Program-made: the position numbers and the translations under genes
Shown: piece after piece, positions 1 through 9,350 of the stretch
Layout: every line of letters starts with the position of its first letter
Numbering within the stretch: the first letter of the stretch is position 1
Assembly (NCBI GenBank): GCA_945859975.1
Contig: CAMAPH010000011.1
Coordinates: 1-64,000 of the forward strand
Length of the DNA stretch: 64,000 nucleotides
Reading direction: 5' to 3'
Origin: Chthonomonas calidirosea
GTDB taxonomy: Bacteria > Armatimonadota > Fimbriimonadia > Fimbriimonadales > Fimbriimonadaceae
Notes under the pieces: model-generated
The model's database searches: none
What the model was told of the DNA's origin: nothing
Seen by the model: only the letters and a program-made list of their open reading frames with translations

Positions 1-1
1 C

Positions 2-607
2 GCGATCATCATTTTCCTTTTCTTCTCGCTGAGCGGGGCAAAGCTCGTCCACTACGTGATGCCGTGCTTGCCGCCGATTGCGATCCTCGCGGCGGTCCGA
101 CTCTCGAAATCGACCAAGTCCATCAACCTTCCGGTCTTCGGCACCTTGACCGTCGTCACCTTAGTTTCCTTGATCGGACTGCCAATCTATTACCGCCTCA
201 GCGGTCAGCAAGAAGCCCACACGCTGATTCGAAACTTCACCGGATCGCGCGACATTGTTGCCTTATACCAAATCGGCCGCCGCGAGGCTAGCAAGGGAAC
301 CGGCGGAACCCAATTGAGGGAGACTTCGATGCCGTCGCTCAGGATGTATCTGAATGGCGATGCTCGGGACGTCGAGACCTTAGAGGACCTCTTACAGCTG
401 CCCTCACCAATCCAGGTCTTCACTCGCCGAAATCGGATCACGTCCGAGGATGAGGTGAAAATTCTGGACCGCGGATTCTTGCTTTCAGATTTGCCGACCC
501 CAGACAATTCAAACTTCCGCTCGTTTACGCTGAGCAAACGAAACGCAATTCTTGATCTTGAGTCGGCGCGAAAGACGTCACCCGTCTCGCCGGATCAGCC
601 AAAATAG
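2..607 (+). CDS. ArnT/PMT-like (GT83/GT39) membrane glycosyltransferase, 5'-truncated by the window edge
   Basis: Frame is open from base 2: AIIIFLFFSLSGAKLVHYVMPCLPPIAILAA matches the ArnT-type 'FFSxSxxKLxxYxxP' motif, followed by a TM helix and soluble tail. Confidence 0.7.
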   Translation, partial: AIIIFLFFSLSGAKLVHYVMPCLPPIAILAAVRLSKSTKSINLPVFGTLTVVTLVSLIGLPIYYRLSGQQEAHTLIRNFTGSRDIVALYQIGRREASKGTGGTQLRETSMPSLRMYLNGDARDVETLEDLLQLPSPIQVFTRRNRITSEDEVKILDRGFLLSDLPTPDNSNFRSFTLSKRNAILDLESARKTSPVSPDQPK

Positions 608-624
608 TCTTCGGAGCTTCAACG

Positions 625-1443
625 ATGAACCACCTCGAACTGCCGCCGCTCGATTCTGAATACATCCTTTCTCAGGCCCAACTGGATGAGTACGCCGAGA
701 ATGGTCACATCCTTTTGCGAGGTGTTTGCTCTCCAGAAGAGATTGCGGTTTATCGAGATGCGATCGTGTCCGCCGCGATGGCGCACAACCGCGAAACGCG
801 CCCGATCGAAGAGCGAGACACCTACGGCAAAGCCTTCCTTCAGGTGATGAACCTTTGGGCAGTGGATGAGGCGGTGAAGCACTTTACGCTCTCGAAACGA
901 TTCGCTGGCATCGCCAAGCAGCTAATGCAAGCGGACGGAGTTCGCCTGTATCACGACCAGGCGCTGTTCAAAGAGCCGGGTGGTGGACACACCCCGTGGC
1001 ACCAGGATCAGTTCTACTGGCCACTTGGCTCTGACCACACGGTCACCCTTTGGATGCCGCTTGTTGATGTGAGCGAAATCATGGGATCGATGACGTTTGC
1101 GTCCGGTTCGCAGCGAGAAGGGTTTGTCTCCCTGGGCGAACAGATTTCTGACCAGAGCGAAGCGTTCTTCGATGCTCACGTGCAGGCGAAGGGATACGAA
1201 CTGAAAACCGCTGGGGCCATGGCGGCAGGCGACGCCACCTTCCACTCCGGCTGGACCCTGCACCGAGCCCCCGGCAATGTCACCGAACAAGTTCGAGAAG
1301 TGATGACGGTGATCTACTACCCGGACGGCACGCGAGTGATCGAACCCCAAAACGACTTCCAAAGAGCTGACCTTGCCACATGGCTGGATGGTCTTCCGGC
1401 GGGAGAATTGGCAAACGGCAAGTTGAACCCAAAACTTGTGTGA
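625..1443 (+). CDS. Phytanoyl-CoA dioxygenase (PhyH) family Fe(II)/2-oxoglutarate oxygenase
   Basis: TPWHQD (HxD) motif, VTLWMPL, distal GDATFHSGWTLHRA His motif. Confidence 0.9.
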   Translation: MNHLELPPLDSEYILSQAQLDEYAENGHILLRGVCSPEEIAVYRDAIVSAAMAHNRETRPIEERDTYGKAFLQVMNLWAVDEAVKHFTLSKRFAGIAKQLMQADGVRLYHDQALFKEPGGGHTPWHQDQFYWPLGSDHTVTLWMPLVDVSEIMGSMTFASGSQREGFVSLGEQISDQSEAFFDAHVQAKGYELKTAGAMAAGDATFHSGWTLHRAPGNVTEQVREVMTVIYYPDGTRVIEPQNDFQRADLATWLDGLPAGELANGKLNPKLV

Positions 1444-1463
1444 AAGTGAAAAACATCACACTT
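1443..1463. promoter_or_regulatory. CRP/FNR-like box AGTGA-N6-TCACA
   Basis: AAAGTGAAAAACATCACACTT; core has one mismatch to TGTGA-N6-TCACA; lies upstream of a TACAAT -10 at 1501-1506. Confidence 0.35.
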
Positions 1464-1515
1464 TTACGAAAAAGTTCACCCAAATTTAACAGTCCCGTCT
1501 TACAATCCTTGTGTG

Positions 1516-1737
1516 ATGCACATCGTCGTGTCGGACCCAGAAATACTGTGGGGTACGCCCGTTTTTTCCGGAACTAGAATTCCGACGGAAACCCTTTTTG
1601 ATTACATCGAAGCGGGGGATACGCTCGATTCTTTCCTTCGCGACTTCCCGTCGATCAGCCGAAACACGGCTATCGAAACCCTGCGGAATGCTCACCGAGC
1701 GTTCGTAGACACCGAGCTTCAAGCCGTCGCCGCTTAA
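1516..1737 (+). CDS. DUF433 domain protein (antitoxin-like), no adjacent toxin
   Basis: IVVSDPEILWGTPVFSGTRIP...LFDYIEAG...FLRDFPSIS is the typical DUF433 pattern. Confidence 0.85.
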   Translation: MHIVVSDPEILWGTPVFSGTRIPTETLFDYIEAGDTLDSFLRDFPSISRNTAIETLRNAHRAFVDTELQAVAA

Positions 1738-1763
1738 AGCCGACCAAAGGGCAAAATAACGCC

Positions 1764-2912
1764 ATGAGCCAAGGTCCGCTGTCGAACCTCTCCCAAATCG
1801 TCCCTGCCCGAAGTAAGCGCATTTCCAGCTACGACCGCGCCGGCGGGAATCACGATTCCATTAGTGTCGAACCCGGTGAGACGAAGGTCATTGCCGAAAT
1901 CGAAGGCGCAGGAATCGTCAAACACATTTGGGTAACCATGTCTAGCGGAGACCCGCTGTTACGCAAAAACCTGATCCTTCGCGCCTACTGGGATGGGCAA
2001 GAGCATCCGAGTATCGAAGCACCCATTGGCGACTTTTTTGGCCAAGGCTGGGGCGAAAAGTACAACTTCATCTCTCTCCCACTTGCGGCTGCCCCAGCAA
2101 ATGGAAATGCCCTCGTCTGCTACTTCCCTATGCCTTTCGGGAAAGGTGCGCGGTTCACGGTTGAGAACCAGAGCGAAATCAAGACAGACAATTTCTATTA
2201 CTACCTAGATTACGAGGAGCACGAATCGATTGGAGATGACCAAGGGAGATTCCATGCTTGGTACAACCAAGAGCTCACCCAACCCGAAAGTGGATCGGGA
2301 GATATTGAGAACGAATGGGCGGTTTTCGGAGAGTTTGCAAACAACCTTAGCGATGCCCAGAACTACGTTTTTGCCGAGATTGAAGGTACCGGACACTTTG
2401 TCGGCGTGAATTATTACGTCAACTCACCGAGCCCAATTTGGTACGGAGAAGGGGATGACATGTTCCTAGTAGATGGGGAAGCATGGCCCGGAAGTGCCCA
2501 TGGAACCGGTACGGAGGACTACTTCAACCAAAGCTGGTGCCCCGACGAGCACTACTGCCATCCGTACTTCGGAACGGCATACGCGCCTGGGCGGAATAAC
2601 AATGATCCGCGATTCGGTTGGCTTGGACGAACGCATTGCTTCCGCTTCCATCTTGAAGACCCTATTCGCTTTACCCGGTCGCTTCGCGCCAGCATCGAAC
2701 ATGGACACGCGAACTGTCTGACGTTAGATTTAGCCAGCGTGGCCTACTGGTACCAAACGCTTCCAAGCAAACCGTTTCCACAATTGCCGAATTCAGTTTC
2801 GCGAATACCAAGACGTCAAGTAGATGTCGTAGCTGTTCACCGATGGCGAAAAGAGTGGAGAGATGCCGCACCCGCTGGTGAAAAGTACGGAACCGAAAAG
2901 ATCGAACCTTGA
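1764..2912 (+). CDS. DUF2961 / glycoside hydrolase family 172 protein
   Basis: GAGIVKHIWVT, YWDGQEHPSIEAPIGDFFG, CYFPMPF, WYGEGDD, GTGTEDYFN, FRFHLEDPIRF, SVAYWYQ motifs. Confidence 0.88.
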   Translation: MSQGPLSNLSQIVPARSKRISSYDRAGGNHDSISVEPGETKVIAEIEGAGIVKHIWVTMSSGDPLLRKNLILRAYWDGQEHPSIEAPIGDFFGQGWGEKYNFISLPLAAAPANGNALVCYFPMPFGKGARFTVENQSEIKTDNFYYYLDYEEHESIGDDQGRFHAWYNQELTQPESGSGDIENEWAVFGEFANNLSDAQNYVFAEIEGTGHFVGVNYYVNSPSPIWYGEGDDMFLVDGEAWPGSAHGTGTEDYFNQSWCPDEHYCHPYFGTAYAPGRNNNDPRFGWLGRTHCFRFHLEDPIRFTRSLRASIEHGHANCLTLDLASVAYWYQTLPSKPFPQLPNSVSRIPRRQVDVVAVHRWRKEWRDAAPAGEKYGTEKIEP

Positions 2913-2979
2913 CGAAATTGCGCTTCTGGCCAAATAAATTCTCGTAGACGGATAAATCTCGGGCAATTCGCCGTAACTC

Positions 2980-3008
2980 TTGACAGGAATCAGTTTTCGT
3001 ACGATACT
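2980..3008 (+). promoter_or_regulatory. Sigma70-type promoter of the sulP-carbonic anhydrase operon
   Basis: TTGACA (2980-2985), 17-nt spacer, GATACT (3003-3008). Confidence 0.7.
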
Positions 3009-3133
3009 TGTCTAAACATCAAGAGTAACTGATGCTTTCGGGAACTCATTACACTGGAAGTTCGTTAATACCCCTTCGTAGGGGTGAAGGCAGGTAACGT
3101 GGCCAGCATGAGAATGAGGATGAGAGGAAAGAT

Positions 3134-4681
3134 TTGTCACAAGTAAAAACGTGGATGGCGACATGGCGATATGACGTGCCAGCATCGCTGGTTGTATTTC
3201 TTATCGCAGTTCCCCTCTCGTTGGGAATTGCCCTTGCATCCGGAGCGCCAATCTTTGCGGGCCTTGTGGCGGCGGCAGTTGGCGGCATCGTGGTTGGTCT
3301 TTTCGGTGGCGCACCTCTTCAGGTGAGTGGACCTGCAGCGGGCCTTACCGTCATCGTATTTGGCCTCACTCAACAGTTTAATGACTGGCGCGCAGTCGCT
3401 TTTGTCGTGATGATTGCCGGCATTTTCCAGATCATCTTCGGTCTGCTGAAGATTGCCAACGTTGCCCTCGCCATTTCGCCGGCCGTGGTCCATGGAATGC
3501 TGGCAGGCATCGGCGTCGTCATCGTGCTTGCGCAGTTACACGTCGTTCTCGGTGGAGCGCCAGAAAGCAAAGCGATCAAGAACTTGACCGACCTTCCGGC
3601 CCAGATTGCCGACTTGCACGGGCCGGCGGCGATGATCGGTCTGCTAACCATCGGCATTTTAGTAGGTTGGAAATTCGTCCCACCCAAGCTGAAGGCCATT
3701 CCCGGTGCGCTTGTGGCTATTACCGCCAGCACTCTCATCGCGATGTTCATGAAGCTGGAACTAGACCGGGTCAGCCTGAAAGGATCCGGCTCAGGATTCC
3801 AAGCTCCGATGATTCCAACGGACAACTGGGGCGCTGTTCTAACCGGTGCGTTGGTTGTTGCAGTCGTTGCGAGCGTCGAATCTCTCCTCAGCGCCGTCGC
3901 CACGGACCGAATGCACACGGGTCCCCGTGCGGACCTTGATAAGGAACTCATCGGCCAAGGCATCGGTAACGCTGTTTCCGGATTACTCGGCGGTTTGCCT
4001 ATCACCGGCGTTATTGTTCGAAGCTCAGCAAACGTAAACTCGGGAGCCAAGTCGAACTTGTCTGCCATTTTGCACGGCGTTCTTATCGTTCTCTGTGCGG
4101 CATTCCTTGGATTCGCGATGGAGCAGATTCCGCTTGCAGCGCTCGCTGGCCTTCTCTGCTTTGTTGGTTCGAACCTGATCAATAAGGAACACATTCGCGA
4201 CTTGATGCGGCACAAAGAATTGCCCATCTACCTTGTCACCCTCTTCGGCGTTGTGACCACGAACTTGCTGGAAGGCGTTGCCTTTGGATTAGTCCTGGCC
4301 GTGATCCTGCTGGTTCGGCGCCTTGCTCACCTCGAAGTGAAGATCACCGATAAGGACGATATCCAAGTCGTTCAGATCGACGGTTCGCTCACCTTTGCCA
4401 CCGTGCCGAAGCTCACCAAAGAGCTTTCCAAGGTGAAGGAAGGCACCGTTGTTCGAATTGAGCTTCACTCAGACTTTATGGACCATGCCGCCTTCGAGGC
4501 GATGCATGCATGGGAAGCCAGCCACCTACGGACGGGTGGCGAAGTGGTCATTGATGAGTTGCATCAAGACTGGTACCGCAGCGCTTCGGAGCAGCTGCCA
4601 CGCGTTCGTCGTTCATCGGTTCGTGCATCGAACAAACCGATCGCCGTTTTAGCTGGAACAGAAGAAAATGTCGAAAATTAA
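3134..4681 (+). CDS. SulP/SLC26-family anion (likely bicarbonate) transporter with STAS domain
   Basis: PLSLGIALASGAP, QVSGPAAGL, ELIGQGIGN, PITGVIVRSSAN motifs; many TM helices; C-terminal STAS-like region; TTG start after GAGG. Confidence 0.92.
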   Translation: MSQVKTWMATWRYDVPASLVVFLIAVPLSLGIALASGAPIFAGLVAAAVGGIVVGLFGGAPLQVSGPAAGLTVIVFGLTQQFNDWRAVAFVVMIAGIFQIIFGLLKIANVALAISPAVVHGMLAGIGVVIVLAQLHVVLGGAPESKAIKNLTDLPAQIADLHGPAAMIGLLTIGILVGWKFVPPKLKAIPGALVAITASTLIAMFMKLELDRVSLKGSGSGFQAPMIPTDNWGAVLTGALVVAVVASVESLLSAVATDRMHTGPRADLDKELIGQGIGNAVSGLLGGLPITGVIVRSSANVNSGAKSNLSAILHGVLIVLCAAFLGFAMEQIPLAALAGLLCFVGSNLINKEHIRDLMRHKELPIYLVTLFGVVTTNLLEGVAFGLVLAVILLVRRLAHLEVKITDKDDIQVVQIDGSLTFATVPKLTKELSKVKEGTVVRIELHSDFMDHAAFEAMHAWEASHLRTGGEVVIDELHQDWYRSASEQLPRVRRSSVRASNKPIAVLAGTEENVEN

Positions 4682-5369
4682 GCCTGCAGAGATCGTCAAC
4701 AACGTGGTCAAGTACTACCAAACCAAGTTCAACAAGGTGCGACCACTCCTCAAACAGCTTGTGCAAGATGGCCAAAAGCCGCATGCATTCGTTATCACCT
4801 GCTCTGACTCGCGTGTCGTTCCCGACATGGTGATGGGAAGCGAGCCTGGCGAAATCTTTGTTGTCCGAAACATCGGCAACATCGTTCCACCAAGCTACAG
4901 CAAGCCAATTGAGCAATCCGTTGGCGCCGCGCTGGAATATGCCGTAGAAGTGTTGAACGTGCCAAACATCGTGGTCATGGGCCACGGCGACTGCGGAGCA
5001 ATGAAGGCCGTCCTTGCCGGCCAAACCGGCCTGCGCCACGTCGATGGCTGGCTGAAGTTTGCCGAATCTTCCCACATCCGATACAAGGTGGACGACGAAT
5101 TTGGTGCGGGACTCGCCCCTCACGATCGACTATCGCAGATCAACGTTCTTCAGCAGCTCGAATCGCTCCGAACGTATCCGCCGGTTGCCGACCGACTAGA
5201 AGCGATGTCGATCACGCTTCATGCGTGGTGGTTCGACATCGAAACCGCCCGAGTGCTCACTTTCAATGTTCGAAAGAACCAGTTCGTGCCACTCGAAGAG
5301 GTTTATCCTGTTCTGGACCCAGAAACGGAGAATCTTGTGAAGCAGATCGAAGCGCAGTTCGTCAAATAA
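4668..5369 (+). CDS. Beta-class carbonic anhydrase
   Basis: CSDSRV, GEIFVVRNIGN, ALEYAV, GHGDCGAM zinc-ligand motifs; overlaps the sulP stop. Confidence 0.95.
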   Translation: MSKIKPAEIVNNVVKYYQTKFNKVRPLLKQLVQDGQKPHAFVITCSDSRVVPDMVMGSEPGEIFVVRNIGNIVPPSYSKPIEQSVGAALEYAVEVLNVPNIVVMGHGDCGAMKAVLAGQTGLRHVDGWLKFAESSHIRYKVDDEFGAGLAPHDRLSQINVLQQLESLRTYPPVADRLEAMSITLHAWWFDIETARVLTFNVRKNQFVPLEEVYPVLDPETENLVKQIEAQFVK

Positions 5370-5515
5370 GGTTGCCCGGAACATCGGGCCAGTGAGTCCG
5401 CGTACCTAAAAGGCTGTCCGCTGATTGCTGGCAGCCTTTATACTTGGTCCCGTTGGAAGCTTCGCGAAGTAACCCATCGGGTTCAAGTCGCGAGTTTGCC
5501 AATGGAGGAACGTTC

Positions 5516-8500
5516 TTGATCGCTTTATCCGCCGCAGCCCTAATTGTTGCATTCACCCCCTTGCAGTCCGAGGCCCCGCGCCTCATGCGCTTCCCCGATG
5601 TCCATGGGGATCGCGTTGTTTTCACCTACGCGGGAGACCTCTGGCTTTCTGGCCTTGATGGTGGAGCCGCCCGCCGCCTTACCAGCAGCCCAGGGCTAGA
5701 AACCAACGCGAAGTTCAGCCCTGACGGATCACAGATCGCATTCACCGCCCAGTATGAGGGCGCGTCGGATGTTTACGTGATCGGCACCGAAGGCGGAGAG
5801 CCAAAGCGCCTCACCTTCGATCCCGAACCCGATAACGTCATGGATTGGACTCCAGACGGCAAGATTGCCTATTCGAGCACGAACGGCAGCTTTGTAAACC
5901 GACAGCCTCGCCTTTGGTACGTAAACCCAGAAGGCGGACTGCCAATCCGAACCGTGATTGCCGAATGCGCTCAAGCTTCGTTCTTCGCCGATGGTAAGCG
6001 AATGGCCTTCAACCGCCAGAGCTCGAACGTGTTTAACTGGCGACGATATCGAGGCGGCACCCAGGGCCGAGTCAGCTTCTACAACTTTGAGACCAACCAA
6101 TACAGTGAGCTGCCATCCGGACGCGAACAGTCCCACAACCCGATGGTTGTCGGAAACACCGTGTTCTTCATCAGCGACCGAAATCAGGGAACGCTGAACC
6201 TGTACCGATACGATCTGGACACCAAGAAAGAAACCCAGATCACGAAGTACACCGATGCTGACATCAAGTGGCCCGCAACGGACGGAAAGAACATCGTCTT
6301 CGAGCGAGACGGTTACCTCTATCGGTACGACATCGCCGCTAACACGTTCACCACGGTTAAGCCGGACATCAAGGGTGAGAACCTTTGGTCCAGACCCTAC
6401 GTTCGACCGGTAGCCAACCAGATTGCCAACATGGCCCTTTCGCCAAGCGGGCAGCGATTGCTCGTTGAGGCCCGAGGCGAACTATTCTCCGTGCCTGCGA
6501 AGAACGGCGACACCCGAAACGTAACCGGTACTTCAGGCACCCGAGAGCGATTCCCGGCATGGTCTCCAAACGGAAAGCACCTGGCCTACGTGAGCGACGC
6601 CTCTGGATATTACGAGGTTCACCTCCAACCGCAGCTTGGCGGAGAGGCTCAGCAACTCACCACCGCGAAGCTCCCCATTTCGAGCATCGAGTTCAGCCCA
6701 GACAGCCAGCACCTGCTCCTGACAACGGAAGCAAGCGAAGCGTATCTGCTTGAGATTGCGACAAAGAAACTGACAAAAGTTGTCCAATTCCGATATGGCG
6801 GAGGCGGTTTTGAGTTCTCTCCAGACACCAAGTGGATCGTCTGGACCCAGGGCCTTCCGAGCGGCATGAGCGCCGTGATGCTCTACGACATCGCAACCGG
6901 AAAGGTCAGTCAAGCAACGAGCGGTCGTTACGTTGATGGCAGCGCCACTTTCGACCAGAACGGAAAGTACCTGTACGTCACGTCCACCCGAACGTTTAAC
7001 CCAACCTTCGGTGCCTACGAGTTCAGCTTGAAAGTTGAGAACGGCGACCGAGTTTATGTAATTCCTCTCAGCAAGGAAACCGGGAACCCGCTGGTTGCGC
7101 CTGGCGACGAAGAGCCCGAAGCGAGCGCACCTCGTCCGCCCGCTGGCGGCCCTGGTGGCGGAGCGCCTGCGGCTCCTTCAGCTCCGGCAACCAAGATTGA
7201 CGTCGAAGGTCTCGAGTCCCGAATGATTCCGCTTCCGTATGGTGCGGGACAGTACGGCATTCTCGGTGTGGCAAACGGAGTGCTTGTCTTCGATTCCGGC
7301 ACGGTTACGAAGTTCGACCTCAACTCCCGAGAGTCGGTGCCCATCGCTACCGGCATGGTCGGCCGAGTTACCACGAACGCAACGCGAACCAAGGTTGCCT
7401 ACCAGGTTGGTCCGGTCATCGGTATCGCGGATATTCGGCCCGGACTTGCAGTTGGTGCCGGCCGAGTGGACACGACTGGCGTCGAAATGACCCTTAACCC
7501 ACGGGACGAATGGAAGCAGATGTTCTGGGAAGCTTGGCGCTTCGAAAAGACGAACTACTACGATGCCAACATGCGCGGCCTGGATTGGGATGCCATCGGC
7601 AAGCGGTACGCGGGCTACCTGCCGTACCTGAACCACCGAAGCGATCTCAGCTACATCTTCGGTCTGATGATCAGTGAACTTGGAACGGGGCACTCGTACG
7701 TTCAGGGCGGAGACTTTGGTCCTGGACCAACGCCGCTAAACGTTGGTCAGCTCGGAGTCGATTTCGAAGCGACCGGTAACTCGGTTCGCTTCAAGAAGAT
7801 TTACCGAGGAGAAATCTTTGAAGAAGGTCGACGTGGCCCGCTCGGTGACCCAGGCGTTAATGTCGCGGAAGGCGAGTACCTGATTGCGATTGATGGACGT
7901 CCGGTGAACCGTAACGTACATCCAAACTCGCTCTTGCTAGGAAAGGCCGGTCGGTTCGTGACCTTGACCGTGAACAGCACGCCAAGCACCGAAGGCGCAC
8001 GAAAAGTTCGCGTTCGAACGATTGCGAGCGAAGCCAACCTTCGCTACGTCTCGTTCGTCGAGGAGTGCCGACAGAAAGTCGAAAAGGCATCTGGTGGCCG
8101 AATTGGCTACATGCACGTGCCCAACACGGCTTTCGAAGGAAGCGTCGAGTTCATTCGCGGCTTCTATAGCCAAACGGATAAGGACGCTCTGATTGTCGAC
8201 GAGCGCTGGAACGGAGGCGGATACATCCAGCCATGGTTCGTTGATACGCTCGCTCGAAAGCAGCGAATTGGAATTCAGCCTCGACACGGCGAAGACACGC
8301 CAGAAGCGCCGACGATCGACGGGCCGAAGGCGATCTTGATCAACGGCTACGCCGGATCGGGCGGAGACTTCTTCCCTTGGATGTTCCGACAGTCGAAGCT
8401 CGGTCCACTCATCGGAACCCGAACCTGGGGCGGTCTCGTCGGTATCAGCGCCGGAGCGCCGTTGGTGGATGGCGGTTCCGTCACCGCGCCATCCTTCAGC

Positions 8501-8716
8501 CTCTTCGATCGGGACAAGAACGAGATCATCGCTGAGAACACTGGAATTGATCCAGATATCGAAGTCGATGCCCGACCAGATCTCTGGGCGAAGGGTCAAG
8601 ACCCTCAGCTGGAGAAAGCAATTGAGTACCTGATGGAGCAACTTGCGAAGCTTCCGCCAAAGAAGAAGCGAACGGTCGTTCCTCAAGTTGGCCCGAAGGG
8701 CCGCGTCGGTGGCTGA
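5516..8716 (+). CDS. Tricorn-like S41 peptidase (beta-propellers + PDZ + S41 core), exported
   Basis: RLMRFPDVHGDRVVFTYAGDLW, PD40-like repeats, IGYMHVPN, DERWNGGG, AGSGGD, GTRTWGGLVG; TTG at 5516 follows GGAGG and begins a signal peptide (ORF track starts 5444). Confidence 0.93.
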   Translation: MIALSAAALIVAFTPLQSEAPRLMRFPDVHGDRVVFTYAGDLWLSGLDGGAARRLTSSPGLETNAKFSPDGSQIAFTAQYEGASDVYVIGTEGGEPKRLTFDPEPDNVMDWTPDGKIAYSSTNGSFVNRQPRLWYVNPEGGLPIRTVIAECAQASFFADGKRMAFNRQSSNVFNWRRYRGGTQGRVSFYNFETNQYSELPSGREQSHNPMVVGNTVFFISDRNQGTLNLYRYDLDTKKETQITKYTDADIKWPATDGKNIVFERDGYLYRYDIAANTFTTVKPDIKGENLWSRPYVRPVANQIANMALSPSGQRLLVEARGELFSVPAKNGDTRNVTGTSGTRERFPAWSPNGKHLAYVSDASGYYEVHLQPQLGGEAQQLTTAKLPISSIEFSPDSQHLLLTTEASEAYLLEIATKKLTKVVQFRYGGGGFEFSPDTKWIVWTQGLPSGMSAVMLYDIATGKVSQATSGRYVDGSATFDQNGKYLYVTSTRTFNPTFGAYEFSLKVENGDRVYVIPLSKETGNPLVAPGDEEPEASAPRPPAGGPGGGAPAAPSAPATKIDVEGLESRMIPLPYGAGQYGILGVANGVLVFDSGTVTKFDLNSRESVPIATGMVGRVTTNATRTKVAYQVGPVIGIADIRPGLAVGAGRVDTTGVEMTLNPRDEWKQMFWEAWRFEKTNYYDANMRGLDWDAIGKRYAGYLPYLNHRSDLSYIFGLMISELGTGHSYVQGGDFGPGPTPLNVGQLGVDFEATGNSVRFKKIYRGEIFEEGRRGPLGDPGVNVAEGEYLIAIDGRPVNRNVHPNSLLLGKAGRFVTLTVNSTPSTEGARKVRVRTIASEANLRYVSFVEECRQKVEKASGGRIGYMHVPNTAFEGSVEFIRGFYSQTDKDALIVDERWNGGGYIQPWFVDTLARKQRIGIQPRHGEDTPEAPTIDGPKAILINGYAGSGGDFFPWMFRQSKLGPLIGTRTWGGLVGISAGAPLVDGGSVTAPSFSLFDRDKNEIIAENTGIDPDIEVDARPDLWAKGQDPQLEKAIEYLMEQLAKLPPKKKRTVVPQVGPKGRVGG

Positions 8717-8743
8717 AAAACGCGAAAAAAAGCATTGAAAATT

Positions 8744-8782
8744 ACGACTATTCGGCTACAATTTTAGTAGTCGAATAGTTGT
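8744..8782. promoter_or_regulatory. 16-bp imperfect inverted repeat overlapping a putative promoter (operator or hairpin)
   Basis: ACGACTATTCGGCTAC-7nt-GTAGTCGAATAGTTGT, 2 mismatches; TTGAAA at 8735 and TACAAT at 8757. Confidence 0.55.
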
Positions 8783-8810
8783 CACGCATATCCGTGACTT
8801 GTGATTTAAG

Positions 8811-9290
8811 ATGTCAGTCAATTTTTCGTTCTCTTCAGCGAGCTCAACTCTAAACCAAGCCACCGCCTACCACCGCCCGTTGTCTGATTTGATCGTTGAC
8901 AACGTGGCGGCGGCGGTCAGCTCTCGCTTACCCAAAGTCTTCACCACCTCCGCCCTCGCCCCGCGAACCTACTTAGCGGCGCCGAGCACTCGGACCGTGG
9001 TTCTGGCACGCCCGCCTCAGCGCAAGGCAGAAATCCTTGGTGCGGAGTTCGACGCTATCTCGGTCGCAGGAGATATGTACGTCGCCTTCAAGCCGCTGAC
9101 CAACGTTTTCGGCTGGGAGATCATCAGCATTGGGGGCGGAATCGCGAAGATCGCCATCAACGGTGACATTCACTTCTTCGACTTCATCGCTGAAAGCAAT
9201 CGCGGATACCTTCACGTGGGTCAGATTCTGGAAGCCATCGAAATGAACGGTGGGACGGATCCGTTTGCCTCCACCTCTGCTTTTGCCTGA
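8811..9290 (+). CDS. Hypothetical protein; C-terminal half resembles the C-terminal domain of the downstream amidase
   Basis: 159-aa ORF filling the gap; FKPLTNVFGWEI...FDFIAESNRGYLHV aligns by eye with IKAMAAKFGWRL...MDFINEDGTGYVQL. Confidence 0.6.
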   Translation: MSVNFSFSSASSTLNQATAYHRPLSDLIVDNVAAAVSSRLPKVFTTSALAPRTYLAAPSTRTVVLARPPQRKAEILGAEFDAISVAGDMYVAFKPLTNVFGWEIISIGGGIAKIAINGDIHFFDFIAESNRGYLHVGQILEAIEMNGGTDPFASTSAFA

Positions 9291-9315
9291 ATTTTTGATT
9301 GCAGGCGAAAACAGG

Positions 9316-9344
9316 TTGATTATTTAACACTACAGCGATAGAGT
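9316..9344 (+). promoter_or_regulatory. Putative leaderless promoter of the amidase gene
   Basis: TTGATT-17nt-TAGAGT, then 6 nt to ATG 9351; no Shine-Dalgarno. Confidence 0.55.
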
Positions 9345-9350
9345 CCTGGT

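Noticed and set aside
5409..5439. AAAGGCTG...CAGCCTTT hairpin as terminator after carbonic anhydrase
   Set aside because: Large loop and short U-tract; too weak to call
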